Part shown: positions 10,057-20,709 of the stretch, piece by piece
Position numbering within the stretch: position 1 is the stretch's first letter
How the letters are laid out: each line of letters opens with the position of its first letter
NCBI GenBank assembly: GCA_022448085.1
Contig: JAKUTH010000004.1
Coordinates: forward strand, 14,883-78,882
DNA from: Pseudomonadales bacterium
GTDB lineage: Bacteria > Pseudomonadota > Gammaproteobacteria > Pseudomonadales > Azotimanducaceae
Length of the DNA: 64,000 bases
Reading direction: 5' to 3'
Notes under the pieces: generated by a model
What the model saw: the letters and a program-made list of their open reading frames with translations, nothing else
The model's database searches: none
What the model was told of the DNA's origin: nothing
Program-made: the position numbers and the translations under genes

Positions 10057-10778
10057 CGCAACAGATCCTCCGGTTTGAACAACAGTCGAAACTTACGGAA
10101 TTGTGCTTCGAACACTTCGCTATCCTGAGGTACCTCAAAGCGCCGCGCTTTGCGAACAGCAGCTAACGCGGACCGGTCGAACGACGCACTTCCACTCGAA
10201 TCGAGCAGGCTGACTGTATTCAAATCGCCGGTCGGGAACAGCTCAACAAGAATACCGGCGGCCATTTCGTTACGGGCACTTGGCGGCCTCGACCAATGAG
10301 CTACGATACTGGCGTATATGCCGTCCACATAGGATTGTGCTACATCTTGATCGGCGCGAACGGAAATATCGATCGCGTCTTGAGCCAACGAGCGCTCAAA
10401 GTCGCGACGCCGCATTTCTTGAAGTTGTTGGCGCCGCGCTTTCATTCGTTCGCGTCGCTCACGCTCCATGCGCTGTTCGCCAGTTTCTTTTACTTTCGAC
10501 GACGCGCTATCTCGGTCACCAAACGCGCGATTTCGAAGCGACGGAGTCTTCGGTGGCGTCGAAGTGAGTTTCCCGTTCGTTTTTGCAGGCAGAGGTTTCT
10601 TTTTCGTCGCTGAGCGGCGCGGTTCACGAACGATGAGCATTGTCTTGATCGCTTTCGGCTCTACTACTACGGGTTCCCGAGAACTCGGTGCCCACTCCCA
10701 TTCGAGCATAGCTACCACAACCGCATGGAGTACAAGTGCACCGACAATCGGCAGACCGTAATCAGTTAGTTTTCCCAC
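10053..10778 (-). CDS. tolA: Tol-Pal system protein TolA (short form)
   Basis: 241 aa with an N-terminal TM helix, a K/E/R-rich helical middle and a C-terminal TolA-III-like domain. It lies between tolR and tolB. Confidence 0.8.
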   Translation of the reverse strand: MGKLTDYGLPIVGALVLHAVVVAMLEWEWAPSSREPVVVEPKAIKTMLIVREPRRSATKKKPLPAKTNGKLTSTPPKTPSLRNRAFGDRDSASSKVKETGEQRMERERRERMKARRQQLQEMRRRDFERSLAQDAIDISVRADQDVAQSYVDGIYASIVAHWSRPPSARNEMAAGILVELFPTGDLNTVSLLDSSGSASFDRSALAAVRKARRFEVPQDSEVFEAQFRKFRLLFKPEDLLR

Positions 10779-10780
10779 CG

Positions 10781-11209
10781 TTAGACGTCGGGAGGGTCGG
10801 TGATGAGCCCAACGCTTGCTGCCCCCGACTTCTGTAGGACAGTCATTATCTCGATCACCTCGGAATACGTTAGGTCCGCATCTGCCCGAAGAAAAACGGG
10901 GATGTCTGGCCGCGCAGCAATAATCCGCGAGGCCTGGTCTTCCAATGAAAAGATTGTGACCCGATTGGCCTCCTTTTCCATGTTACGCATACCCACGTTA
11001 ATGAATATCGCCCCATCACTACGAACGCTGACAATGAACGGGTCATCTTGGTCGTTGGACAGTGGATCGGAAGGTTTCTGCGGCAGATTTACCTCCACTC
11101 CTTGCGTCAATATCGGTGCAGTCACCATGAAAATCACCAACAAAACCAACATCACGTCGATATACGGCACCACGTTGATTTCAGACATCGGCTTACGACG
11201 GGTCGCCAT
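10781..11209 (-). CDS. tolR: TolR (ExbD/TolR family)
   Basis: 142 aa with EINVVPYIDVMLVLLVIFMV, typical of ExbD/TolR. Confidence 0.9.
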   Translation of the reverse strand: MATRRKPMSEINVVPYIDVMLVLLVIFMVTAPILTQGVEVNLPQKPSDPLSNDQDDPFIVSVRSDGAIFINVGMRNMEKEANRVTIFSLEDQASRIIAARPDIPVFLRADADLTYSEVIEIMTVLQKSGAASVGLITDPPDV

Positions 11210-11212
11210 GCT

Positions 11213-11893
11213 TTAGGTTTTTTCCGAATGTGCATGACGGAATAAGATAGAGGTGAGCTCATCGGCAAACGCTTCGTATCGCTTCATCAGCACCTCGACT
11301 CTTGTCGAGAAGCGGTTATAACCGATCACAGCAGGTATCGCTGCAAACAAACCCATCGCTGTCGCAATAAGTGCTTCTGAAATTCCAGGTGCGACCGAAG
11401 CGAGCGTCGCTTGACTCATGTTGGCAAGGCTCCGAAACGAATTCATGATGCCCCAGACCGTTCCGAAAAGACCGACGTACGGACTCGTGGAACCCACGGT
11501 AGCAAGGAACCCGAGGTGCTTTTCGAGTTGTTCCTCCTCCCGCGAAACTTCTACCCGCATAACCCGCTGCACACCCTGCATGATCGAATCCGGGTCGGTA
11601 TTGGGTTGCTCTGAGAGCCTTTGAAATTCGGTGAAGCCAGAAACGAACACCGTTTCGATTCCGGTGAGTGACGAATCGTTCCCCAGATCTTTATGCAACT
11701 CACGCAAATCAATTCCGCTCCAGAAGTAGTCCTCGAATTCGTTTAGCTCCAACTGCACCCGGTCGAGCGCTCTCCACCGCTGAAAAATCATTACCCAAGA
11801 AGCTATCGATACAGCCGCAAGCAGGGCCAAGATTATTTGCACTAGCAAGCTCGCGTTTGCCAAGAGCGCGTATATCGAGAGGGGTTCCGACAT
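11213..11893 (-). CDS. tolQ: TolQ (MotA/TolQ/ExbB proton channel)
   Basis: 226 aa with 3 TM segments and the motif GLFGTVWGIM...LIATAMGLFAAIPAV. Confidence 0.92.
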   Translation of the reverse strand: MSEPLSIYALLANASLLVQIILALLAAVSIASWVMIFQRWRALDRVQLELNEFEDYFWSGIDLRELHKDLGNDSSLTGIETVFVSGFTEFQRLSEQPNTDPDSIMQGVQRVMRVEVSREEEQLEKHLGFLATVGSTSPYVGLFGTVWGIMNSFRSLANMSQATLASVAPGISEALIATAMGLFAAIPAVIGYNRFSTRVEVLMKRYEAFADELTSILFRHAHSEKT

Positions 11894-11903
11894 CAGTTAA
11901 ATT

Positions 11904-12950
11904 TTATAGCTCAAGCTCGTTTTGATCGGATTGATTACCAACTGGCGTAGGCGGCGCTATCGAAAAATGGTGATACGCACGCTCAGTCGCAACCCGACCC
12001 CGCGGGGTACGCATCATATAACCCTGTTGAATGAGGTAGGGTTCGACGACATCCTCGATCGTATCCCGCTCTTCTCCAATCGCGGCCGCCAACGAATCCA
12101 GCCCGACCGGTCCACCCGAGAACTTTTCAAGAATGGTGAGAAGTAGTTTTCGATCCATGGCATCGATACCTTCCTCGTCGACATTAAGTAACTCCAGTGC
12201 CGCGTCTGCCGTCTCGGCCGACACGTTTCCATCCGCGCGCACCTCCGCGTAATCCCTGACACGACGCAACAGTCGATTGGCCACACGGGGCGTCCCGCGG
12301 GCCCGCCGCGCAATCTCCAAAGCCCCCTCGGGATCGACTTTGACATCAAGTCTTTGACCAGTACGCGTCACAATTTCCGTCAATTCCTCGACCGCATAGA
12401 ACTCAAGCCGGTGGACAATCCCGAATCGATCTCTTAGCGGCGAAGTCAGAAGGCCTGCGCGGGTCGTCGCTCCAATCAGAGTAAACGGCTTGAGCGTATA
12501 GGGTATCGAACGCGCCGCTGGTCCCTCACCGATAACGATGTCGATGCGATAATCCTCCATCGCCGGGTAGAGTATCTCTTCGACCGCCGCCGATAACCGA
12601 TGTATTTCGTCAATGAAAAGGACATCGTTCTCTTCAAGATTACTTAGGAGAGCGACCAATTCGCCTGCCTTTTCAATCACAGGACCAGACGTCGTCTTCA
12701 ATCCCACCTCCATTTCATTGGCGACGATATGGGCGAGCGTCGTCTTGCCAAGTCCAGGCGGGCCGAAAATCAAGGTGTGGTCCAGCGGTTCGCTACGTTT
12801 ACGCGCCGCTTCGACAAATATCTGCATTTGTTCTTTAACGGAATTCTGTCCCACAAAGTCCCCTATCAATTTCGGCCGTAGGGCTCGATCAAAAACCCTA
12901 TCTTCGGTGCCGCTTTGTCCGGAAGTGATGCGGTCCGGTTTAATGCTCAT
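11904..12950 (-). CDS. ruvB: Holliday junction branch migration helicase RuvB
   Basis: 348 aa with Walker [16 protein letters not shown] and a RuvB C-terminal winged helix. Confidence 0.95.
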   Translation of the reverse strand: MSIKPDRITSGQSGTEDRVFDRALRPKLIGDFVGQNSVKEQMQIFVEAARKRSEPLDHTLIFGPPGLGKTTLAHIVANEMEVGLKTTSGPVIEKAGELVALLSNLEENDVLFIDEIHRLSAAVEEILYPAMEDYRIDIVIGEGPAARSIPYTLKPFTLIGATTRAGLLTSPLRDRFGIVHRLEFYAVEELTEIVTRTGQRLDVKVDPEGALEIARRARGTPRVANRLLRRVRDYAEVRADGNVSAETADAALELLNVDEEGIDAMDRKLLLTILEKFSGGPVGLDSLAAAIGEERDTIEDVVEPYLIQQGYMMRTPRGRVATERAYHHFSIAPPTPVGNQSDQNELEL

Positions 12951-13561
12951 ACGTTTGTCGTCATCCGTTGCAACGCCATGCGGATAAGCTCTTCAACGGG
13001 TTCACCCGCCGCGTAAACGTTGTCAATGGCACGGGCTGCGTCTAGTGGCCGATAACCGAGTGAAACCAGAGCAAGCTCAGCTTCTCTTGCGGTTGATTCC
13101 TTGTTGGTAGCTCCACGGGTAATTCCAACGGGCAGTGTATCGAGCCGATCCTTGAGTTCCATCAGCAGCCGTTCGGCTGTCTTTTTGCCGACACCCGGAA
13201 CGCGCGTCATCGCGGCAACGTCCTGGTCCGCTACAGACGCGGCGAATTCCTCGGGTGTAAGTGAAGAAAGCAGCGTCAATCCCAGTTTTGGTCCGATGCC
13301 GTTGACCCTGATCAAGGCTCGAAATAGTTCCCGCTCGGCTAACGAGGCAAATCCGAACAGGGCATGAGTATCGTCTCGGACGACGAGGTGAGTATAGACA
13401 TCGACTTCACCCTCGTGGCCCGCCACCGTCGCCAATGTCGTCCCGGTTACTTCCGCCTCGTACGCGACACCCTGCACATCGATGATTAGAACGTTATCGC
13501 TGATATTGACGACACGTCCTCGCAAGCGACTAATCATGGCGTTCCTTGCTTTAGTTGCCAC
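12947..13561 (-). CDS. ruvA: Holliday junction DNA helicase RuvA
   Basis: 204 aa with ISRLRGRV..., HhH motifs ([22 protein letters not shown]) and a 4-nt overlap with ruvB. Confidence 0.93.
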   Translation of the reverse strand: MATKARNAMISRLRGRVVNISDNVLIIDVQGVAYEAEVTGTTLATVAGHEGEVDVYTHLVVRDDTHALFGFASLAERELFRALIRVNGIGPKLGLTLLSSLTPEEFAASVADQDVAAMTRVPGVGKKTAERLLMELKDRLDTLPVGITRGATNKESTAREAELALVSLGYRPLDAARAIDNVYAAGEPVEELIRMALQRMTTNV

Positions 13562-14022
13562 CGAGTATTGACATGACAGATAGCCACTGCAAGCGCATCG
13601 GATGCATCCGTCGGCGGAATGCCCTGTAATTTGAGTAGCGCTTGGACCATATGTTGGACCTGGCCTTTGGTTGCTCGCCCACTACCGACGACGGATTGTT
13701 TAATACGGCGTGCGGCATACTCATTCACGCCGAGATCATGCGTCACTGCCGCAGTAATGGCGGCTCCTCGGGCTTGACCCAATTTCAATGCCGACATGGG
13801 ATTACGGGCCACGAAAACTTCTTCAATCGCAAACTCATCGGGCCGGTATTGTTTTATGAGTTCATCAACGCCTTGGAAAATATCTTTGAGCCGGGACGGA
13901 AAATCGGGCCCCGTCGTCTGTATACAACCGCTAGCCACGTAGATCGGTGTCCCGCCCTCTATCCCCACGATGCCATATCCGGTCACGCGGGATCCTGGGT
14001 CAATCCCCAGAACACGAATCAC
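13534..14022 (-). CDS. ruvC: crossover junction endodeoxyribonuclease RuvC
   Basis: 162 aa with [17 protein letters not shown] and downstream acidic catalytic residues. Synteny supports the call. Confidence 0.9.
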   Translation of the reverse strand: MIRVLGIDPGSRVTGYGIVGIEGGTPIYVASGCIQTTGPDFPSRLKDIFQGVDELIKQYRPDEFAIEEVFVARNPMSALKLGQARGAAITAAVTHDLGVNEYAARRIKQSVVGSGRATKGQVQHMVQALLKLQGIPPTDASDALAVAICHVNTRWQLKQGTP

Positions 14023-14759
14023 AAGGCCAACACAGAGTCTGGAAAGTCACCGTTCGAATACACGTTCTGAACGTCCTCAAGATCCTCCAAGGCATCGATC
14101 AGAAGCAGATTTTTTTCGGCTGTATCTGCATCACAAATACTCGTACTTGAGGGAACCATGGCGACTTCCGCATGACCCGGTTCGACTTCCCGAGCGCGAA
14201 ACGCATCCACTACACGACCAAAACTTTCGAACGTCGTGATCACCGTCAGCGCGCCCTCGTCATCGCTGTCCACGTCTTCTGCACCGGCATCGAGAGCGAC
14301 GTCCATGACCTCATCTTCGTCCGCACCCGGAGCAAAGCTGATAAGTCCTCGACGATCAAATAGATAGGCAACGGATCCATCGGTTCCCAAGTTCCCGCCA
14401 TACTTAGTAAACGCATGTCGAACCTCAGCCACCGTGCGGTTCTTATTATCGGTCATGGCTTCGACCAGAATTGCCACACCGCCTGGCCCATAACCTTCGT
14501 AAACCAGCTCTTCAACGTCGTTTCCTTCCTGGTCGCGCGCACCCCTCGCGATTGCCCTGTCAATCGTATCTCTAGGCATATTGACCGATAACGCATTATC
14601 GACTGCCGCACGTAATCGGGGATTGTCATCGATGGAAGACCCGCCGAGTCTGGCAGCGACGGTGACTTCACGAATAACTTTCGTCCACACTTTCGCGCGC
14701 TTGGCGTCTTGGCGCGCCTTTCGGTGTTTGATGTTGGCCCACTTTGAATGTCCAGCCAC
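14019..14759 (-). CDS. yebC: YebC/PmpR-family DNA-binding transcriptional regulator
   Basis: 246 aa with a [15 protein letters not shown]-terminus. Confidence 0.93.
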   Translation of the reverse strand: MAGHSKWANIKHRKARQDAKRAKVWTKVIREVTVAARLGGSSIDDNPRLRAAVDNALSVNMPRDTIDRAIARGARDQEGNDVEELVYEGYGPGGVAILVEAMTDNKNRTVAEVRHAFTKYGGNLGTDGSVAYLFDRRGLISFAPGADEDEVMDVALDAGAEDVDSDDEGALTVITTFESFGRVVDAFRAREVEPGHAEVAMVPSSTSICDADTAEKNLLLIDALEDLEDVQNVYSNGDFPDSVLAL

Positions 14760-14771
14760 GCCTTCCGGTCC

Positions 14772-16532
14772 CTATTCGCCGCGTATTCGGATCCCGAGCT
14801 CGCTCAGTTGTTGCTCGTCCACTGAGCTCGGCGCCGACATCAAGAGGCATGAAGCCGTTTGGGTTTTCGGAAATGCAATCACATCGCGAATCGACTCAGT
14901 GCCGCTCATGAGCATAATTAATCGATCAAGACCAAGGGCTATTCCACCATGTGGCGGACAACCCAATCGAAGAGCTTCCAACAGAAACCCAAATTTGATA
15001 ACGCCTTCTTGACCAAGACCTAGCGCTTCGAAAACTGCAATTTGTACCGCTTCGTCGTGGATTCGCATGGACCCACCACCCAATTCGTACCCATTCATAA
15101 CGACGTCGTATGCCCTCGCCCGCGCCGCGCCAGGATTCGATTGCAACTCGCTTAATTCACATGTCGGCTGAGTGAATGGATGATGCTCCGGCGCCAAGGT
15201 GCCGTCAGACGATTCATGGAACATTGGCCAATCGACAATCCAGCACGGTCGAAACCCATCGGACAAGAGTTCCATGTCGGTGGCCAGACGATTTCGGAGG
15301 GCCCCCATTGACTCATTCACGACTTGTGCGCGATCAGCTCCGAAAAATACGATATCTCCCGTCTCGGCTCCGACTCTCTCCAGCAGGCTCGCTATCACGT
15401 CTTCGGGTAAAAATTTGAGTATCGGCGACTGGACGCCGTTGATGCCGCTTTGGGCGTCGTTCACCTTAATGTATGCGAGGCCTTTCGCTCGATACTGGCT
15501 CACGAAGTCAGTGTAGTCGTCGATTTGCTTACGAGAAAGGACCTCGTTGGCACGCGGCACGCGAAGCGCGACAACTCGGCCTTGGGGATCGTTGGCGGGG
15601 CCATTAAAAACTTTGAATTCAACCTCATTCATCAGGTCATCGATGTCGATCAGCTCCAATGGGTTTCGTAGGTCGGGACGATCCGATCCAAATCGCCGCA
15701 TCGCCTCGGCGTGGGTGATGACGGGGAACGAGCCCAAATCTACCCCTAGAGCCTCGGAAAAAAGGCCCCTCAACATTCCTTCGGTCAACCGCATCATCTC
15801 GCCCTCGTCAACGAACGACGCTTCAATATCAATCTGTGTGAATTCAGGCTGGCGGTCGTGCCGAAGGTCTTCGTCGCGGTAGCAGCGAGCAATCTGGTAG
15901 TACTTGTCCATACCGGACACCATGAGCAGTTGCTTAAACAGTTGCGGCGATTGCGGCAGAGCAAAAAACTCGCCCGGGTGGGTACGACTTGGAACAAGGT
16001 AATCCCTCGCTCCCTCTGGCGTTGCTCTAGTCAATGTTGGGGTTTCGATCTCCCAATATCCTTCCGACTCGAGAAAACGGCGCACATGACTCGTGACCTC
16101 TGAACGAAGACGCAATCGCCCTTGCATCTCCGGTCGACGCAAATCCACGTATCGGTACCGAAGCCGGACGTCTTCGCCGGCCGACGAATATTCGTCCAAC
16201 TGGAAAGGCGGTGTCGCGGAAGCGTTGAGAATTTCTAACGTGGAACCGAGAACCTCCACCTCTCCAGTCTTCATATCGGGATTAATCGTGCCGTCGGGTC
16301 TTGCACGCACGCGGCCGCGCGCGCGCAGAACGAACTCGTTACGGACCATATCTGCGACGGCAAAGCTCTCCTCTACGTCGGGGTCGTAGACGACCTGAGC
16401 AATCCCGCTACGGTCGCGGATATCGAGAAAAATAACTCCGCCATGATCGCGACGTTTATGAACCCACCCTGTGAGCTCAACCTCCTCGCCAACGAAGCTC
16501 GAATTCAGTTCGCCGCAATAATGGGTGCGCAT
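14772..16532 (-). CDS. aspS: aspartate--tRNA ligase
   Basis: 586 aa with MRTHYCGEL..., class II motifs ([18 protein letters not shown], [21 protein letters not shown]) and a bacterial insertion domain. Confidence 0.95.
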   Translation of the reverse strand: MRTHYCGELNSSFVGEEVELTGWVHKRRDHGGVIFLDIRDRSGIAQVVYDPDVEESFAVADMVRNEFVLRARGRVRARPDGTINPDMKTGEVEVLGSTLEILNASATPPFQLDEYSSAGEDVRLRYRYVDLRRPEMQGRLRLRSEVTSHVRRFLESEGYWEIETPTLTRATPEGARDYLVPSRTHPGEFFALPQSPQLFKQLLMVSGMDKYYQIARCYRDEDLRHDRQPEFTQIDIEASFVDEGEMMRLTEGMLRGLFSEALGVDLGSFPVITHAEAMRRFGSDRPDLRNPLELIDIDDLMNEVEFKVFNGPANDPQGRVVALRVPRANEVLSRKQIDDYTDFVSQYRAKGLAYIKVNDAQSGINGVQSPILKFLPEDVIASLLERVGAETGDIVFFGADRAQVVNESMGALRNRLATDMELLSDGFRPCWIVDWPMFHESSDGTLAPEHHPFTQPTCELSELQSNPGAARARAYDVVMNGYELGGGSMRIHDEAVQIAVFEALGLGQEGVIKFGFLLEALRLGCPPHGGIALGLDRLIMLMSGTESIRDVIAFPKTQTASCLLMSAPSSVDEQQLSELGIRIRGE

Positions 16533-16592
16533 CCCGGAACCCTGGCCTGTGATATGGAATTTGGGCGCGGGCAGCCTAACACAGCCCCATGG

Positions 16593-17009
16593 CTAATCGG
16601 AGCCAGAAGAGCTCGAGCTCGTGTTCTTAGACGACCCGCCCTTGGGTTCCCTCGATGCCTTGGGTTCGGCTTTCTTGGTTGAATCCGCTGGCGACTCGGA
16701 CTTTCCAGTGTCTTTCGAGATGTCGGTCTTTGAGGCATCTGACGTGGCTTCAGATTTTGAGGATCCCGCTTCGTCTGACTTGTCGGACGTGTTCTTCTTT
16801 TCGTCCCCCGCGATGTTTTTCTTATCGCCTGATTTGAAATCGGTTTCGTACCATCCGCCTCCCTTGAGTCGAAAGGCGGCGACCGAAACAAGTTTTTTTA
16901 GCTCAGCTTTACCGCACTCGGGACAATCCTTGAGTGGGTCTTCGCCGACCCGCTGAATCGTTTCGAACTGATGCTCACACGAAACACACGCGTACTCGTA
17001 TATGGGCAC
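16593..17009 (-). CDS. FmdB-family zinc-ribbon protein with long S/K/D/E-rich tail
   Basis: 138 aa. The N-terminus is MPIYEYACVSCEHQFE...CPECG (CxxC...CxxC). The C-terminal roughly 80 aa are low complexity. Confidence 0.8.
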   Translation of the reverse strand: MPIYEYACVSCEHQFETIQRVGEDPLKDCPECGKAELKKLVSVAAFRLKGGGWYETDFKSGDKKNIAGDEKKNTSDKSDEAGSSKSEATSDASKTDISKDTGKSESPADSTKKAEPKASREPKGGSSKNTSSSSSGSD

Positions 17010-17293
17010 CCCGGAACCTCCTAACCAATCTCAGGCGGCCGGGAAGGATATAGAAATTCCCGGGTAAAAACATCGCGTGTAAGGTTTCACTTGACCGTCG
17101 GTCGCGTCAATCGCCGAAAAATCTATCTAAGAGGCGCTCGGGCTCGTGCCGATATCGCAACATGGCTATAGCGAAAAAAGATTCCATCCCGACATCCTTT
17201 GTCAATCCAAAAATCGAACCCCCGGAGCGGAAAGACGGATCTCGTTAGATTGGGGGAGACATGGTCTCGTTCCATCACGGATAATCCTGCCCC

Positions 17294-18982
17294 ATGCTAA
17301 GAAGCCAAACGATAGTCCCAACACTTAGAGAAACACCGAGCGATGCCGATGTCGCCAGTCACGTGTTACTCCTACGTGCTGGATGTATCCGGCAGCTGGC
17401 TTCCGGTCTCTACAGTTGGCTGCCCTTGGGTCTCCGCGTACTCCGAAAAATCGAAGCCATTGTTCGAGAAGAATTAAACAACGCAGGCGCCGAAGAAATA
17501 CTCATGCCCATGGTCCAACCCGCTGAACTTTGGCAGGAGAGTGGACGTTGGGACCTTATGGGGCCTGAAATGATGCGGATGCGTGATCGCAACGATCGAG
17601 ACTACGCGCTCGCACCTACCCATGAAGAAGTCGTTAGCGATCTGATCCGAAAGGTGATCGTTAGTTACAAACAATTGCCTTGTAACCTATACCAAATCAA
17701 CACGAAGTTCCGTGACGAAATACGGCCGCGCTTTGGCCTTTTGCGCGCCCGTGAATTCGTGATGAAGGACGGCTACTCATTCCATCTGGACGACGCGTCA
17801 TTCGAACTAACTTACCAGGCCATGTTCGACGCTTACTCTCGGATTCTGAACCGTATCGGCTTGGACTTCCGAGCCGTCGATGCCGACCCAGGCACGATGG
17901 GCGATGGAGAAAGTCACGAATTTCACGTCCTTGCAGAATCTGGCGAAGACGCGATCGCCTTCAGCCCTAGCAGCAGTTACGCGGCGAACGTCGAGAAGGC
18001 TGAAGCCATCGCAACTGGAGATCTCGACAAGCCCGCATTAACGCTGGAGAAAAACCCCACGCCCGACGTACACACGATTGACGATGTCGCGCGTCGATTT
18101 CGGGTCTCAACAGAGAAGACGATAAAAACGCTCATCGTTCGGGGAACCAGTTCGCTGGTAGCACTCGTTCTACGCGGCGATCACCAACTTAACGAAAAGA
18201 AAGCAGCACGCTTGCCGGAAATCGCCCAGCCTTTCCAATTTGCTAGCGAAGAAGAAATCCGCGTCGCATTGGCCTGTGGACCCGGGTCGATCGGCCCCGT
18301 ACACCTACGTATCCCGATTTGTGTCGACCGTAGTGCGGCGATCGCCAGTGATTTTATTTGTGGTGCCAACGAAGACGGCTTTCACTTCTCTGGTGTCAAC
18401 TGGAAACGAGATGCAACTGCAACTCGAGTCGTCGACATCCGTAACGTGGTCGAAGGTGATCCCGCCGTCGATGCCAGTGGTCCCCTCAAATTCATACGCG
18501 GTATTGAGGTCGGCCATATCTTTAAACTTGGAACCAAATACACGACTCCTATGAACATTGCCGTCCAGGATGCCGAGGGCGTTTCGCGAGAATTGATCAT
18601 GGGGTGTTACGGCATGGGCATATCCCGACTGGTTGCCGCCGCCGTGGAGCAGTGTCACGACGATGAAGGCATTATCTGGCCCGAAGCTATTGCGCCCGCC
18701 ATGGTGCACATCGTCGCCATCAACTACGGCCGTTCGGATGCCGTTCGTGCAGCAGCTCACGACCTCTACGACCGCTGTCTCGAAGCAGATATCGACGCAT
18801 TGCTCGATGACCGCGATGAACGACCAGGGGTCAAATTTGCGGACGCCGATCTGCTCGGGTTACCTCACCGCGTCATCGTAGGCGAAAGAAATCTTGCCGA
18901 GGGTCTTCTCGAATACAGTTATCGTCGTACTCAATTGGAGCTCGTTACCCCCACGCAGGTGTTCGAACGGTTACCGCGCTAA
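17294..18982 (+). CDS. proS: proline--tRNA ligase (bacterial type with INS editing domain)
   Basis: 562 aa with MLRSQTIVPTLRE..., class II motifs (FRDEIRPRFGLLRAREF, GCYGMGISRL). Confidence 0.95.
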   Translation: MLRSQTIVPTLRETPSDADVASHVLLLRAGCIRQLASGLYSWLPLGLRVLRKIEAIVREELNNAGAEEILMPMVQPAELWQESGRWDLMGPEMMRMRDRNDRDYALAPTHEEVVSDLIRKVIVSYKQLPCNLYQINTKFRDEIRPRFGLLRAREFVMKDGYSFHLDDASFELTYQAMFDAYSRILNRIGLDFRAVDADPGTMGDGESHEFHVLAESGEDAIAFSPSSSYAANVEKAEAIATGDLDKPALTLEKNPTPDVHTIDDVARRFRVSTEKTIKTLIVRGTSSLVALVLRGDHQLNEKKAARLPEIAQPFQFASEEEIRVALACGPGSIGPVHLRIPICVDRSAAIASDFICGANEDGFHFSGVNWKRDATATRVVDIRNVVEGDPAVDASGPLKFIRGIEVGHIFKLGTKYTTPMNIAVQDAEGVSRELIMGCYGMGISRLVAAAVEQCHDDEGIIWPEAIAPAMVHIVAINYGRSDAVRAAAHDLYDRCLEADIDALLDDRDERPGVKFADADLLGLPHRVIVGERNLAEGLLEYSYRRTQLELVTPTQVFERLPR

Positions 18983-19439
18983 TTTGGGCCGAGCCAACGG
19001 CTTCCAATAATGACTCAACCGTTTGCGGTCCAATAAGGATGGTAACCAGCTCTCCGTTTGGATTAATCAAAAGCGTGGTGGGCAAAATCGAAGGTACGGC
19101 CAGCTCCCAGCGCGCCCGGGGATCCTCCAAAAGAACCGGGAAATTGATGCCCATCGTTTTGACTAATGAAGTCAGTGCATCGCCTGTAACGCCGTCGTAA
19201 TTGACGCCGACGACGTGAACACCCAGTTTAGATCCCATCTTCTGAATCTCGTTTAGTTCGGGTATTTCATCGCGGCAAGGACCACACCACTCCGCCCAAT
19301 AATTGACCAGCGTCCATCGGCCCCGCCAGTCTTTTTCTTCGAAGTTCCCGCCATCATCGACCTCGATTGTCGCATCCTGACAACCTGAAGTTACCAGGGT
19401 GACAATAACTAACAGGCTAACTTGCCAGTACTTCTTCAA
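18945..19439 (-). CDS. TlpA-family thiol:disulfide oxidoreductase (thioredoxin fold), probably exported or lipid-anchored
   Basis: 164 aa with a signal-like N-terminus ending TSGC and a WCGPC redox motif. Confidence 0.85.
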   Translation of the reverse strand: MKKYWQVSLLVIVTLVTSGCQDATIEVDDGGNFEEKDWRGRWTLVNYWAEWCGPCRDEIPELNEIQKMGSKLGVHVVGVNYDGVTGDALTSLVKTMGINFPVLLEDPRARWELAVPSILPTTLLINPNGELVTILIGPQTVESLLEAVGSAQISAVTVRTPAWG

Positions 19440-20613
19440 TACTTACGTCCAATTGTTCACGCCCAAAAGCAGCACACGCGAGAAACCGCTCCGTAATCGA
19501 CTCAAGCCCACCGACGTCTTCGAAGTTCTCGAGCATCATCGCCCCGGGCAGATGCGAATGTAGAGACCAAAGCGATACGTCTCTCAAACTCCGTGCAAGT
19601 ACCCAACGATCCTCTCCAGTGGTTTGTAATAGCCGTTGTTGATGCAAAACGGCAACAATCTGCTCGTGTTCTTCTCGTGTCATCGGCACGGCTCGATTAA
19701 TCGATGCTTCGGTCACTTGTGCACCATCCACGTGGGCGTCACGAAGTATTTTCAGCACACGCAAAGCCTTTATCACCACGGGCTCCGGGGAAGCGTCGGC
19801 AACCTCTTGGGATAGAGAAAGTGTCCGAACAAACACGCCCCCCGCCAATATCAATAGCCACACCATGTACAACCACATAAGGAAAAAAGGTACCGCCGCA
19901 AAGGTGCCGTATACCGAGGCAATGTCGACTTGGGTCACCATGAAACGGAACCCGAGTTTACCGATTTCGAACAATATTGCCGTCATCACGCCACCGGCCA
20001 GCGCATGTTTGAACGGTACGACCGTATTCGGAACTGCATAAAACAGCACCGTGAACGTTGCGATCGCCGCGATGATAGGTAGCCAAGCCAACATCACTTG
20101 GCTGATTAAGGGGGCATTCTCGGTCACCAACGGAAAAGTGAGTAGGTACGTACTGCCGACAATACTTGCGACCAATAACGGCGGCCCGATGGTGAGCACA
20201 GCCCAATAATTGACGAGTCGCAACCAACCCTTCCTACGTTCGTGAATCTGCCAGATATCGTTGAACGACTTTTCGATGGTCACCAACAATAAAAATGAGG
20301 TGACGAACAAGATGATCGAACTAGGCCCCGCCAACTGCAGAGCGCGAGACGAAAAGTCCGCTAACTGACTCTGCACAATGGCGCTCGATTCTGGTACGAA
20401 ATTACGGAAAATAAAGTTCGATACGATGTCACCAACTTGATCGTATTCTGGGAGAAACGCCAATGTCCGGTACCCCACGGCCATGATGGGCACGATCGAA
20501 AACAAGGTAGTGTATGTCAACGCAGAAGCGGACTTGAAGCAGTCGTAGCCAGTGAACTGCTCGTACACTTGATTCCCAAACCAGCGGCAATATCCAACGA
20601 GATCTGCGCCCAT
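19417..20613 (-). CDS. YihY/BrkB-family inner membrane protein with C-terminal soluble extension
   Basis: 398 aa with a polytopic YihY-like core (ALTYTTLFSIVP...) plus a soluble tail of about 100 aa. Confidence 0.8.
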   Translation of the reverse strand: MGADLVGYCRWFGNQVYEQFTGYDCFKSASALTYTTLFSIVPIMAVGYRTLAFLPEYDQVGDIVSNFIFRNFVPESSAIVQSQLADFSSRALQLAGPSSIILFVTSFLLLVTIEKSFNDIWQIHERRKGWLRLVNYWAVLTIGPPLLVASIVGSTYLLTFPLVTENAPLISQVMLAWLPIIAAIATFTVLFYAVPNTVVPFKHALAGGVMTAILFEIGKLGFRFMVTQVDIASVYGTFAAVPFFLMWLYMVWLLILAGGVFVRTLSLSQEVADASPEPVVIKALRVLKILRDAHVDGAQVTEASINRAVPMTREEHEQIVAVLHQQRLLQTTGEDRWVLARSLRDVSLWSLHSHLPGAMMLENFEDVGGLESITERFLACAAFGREQLDVSIEEVLAS

Positions 20614-20709
20614 GAATCGATCCCTCTGCTGAGGAAGTCCTATTATAAGAGTCAGCGTGAGAGGTTGCGCTCTACATCTAGTAGTAAGCGACAGCGTCGG
20701 TGCGGGGAG

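Noticed and set aside
17039-17063. A 7-bp inverted repeat (CCGGGAA-N11-TTCCCGG) in the divergent FmdB-like/proS intergenic region, plus a small GAGAC-ATG-GTCTC hairpin near 17256.
   Set aside because: Both are short and could arise by chance. No known operator or attenuator is associated with proS in gammaproteobacteria that I can name.
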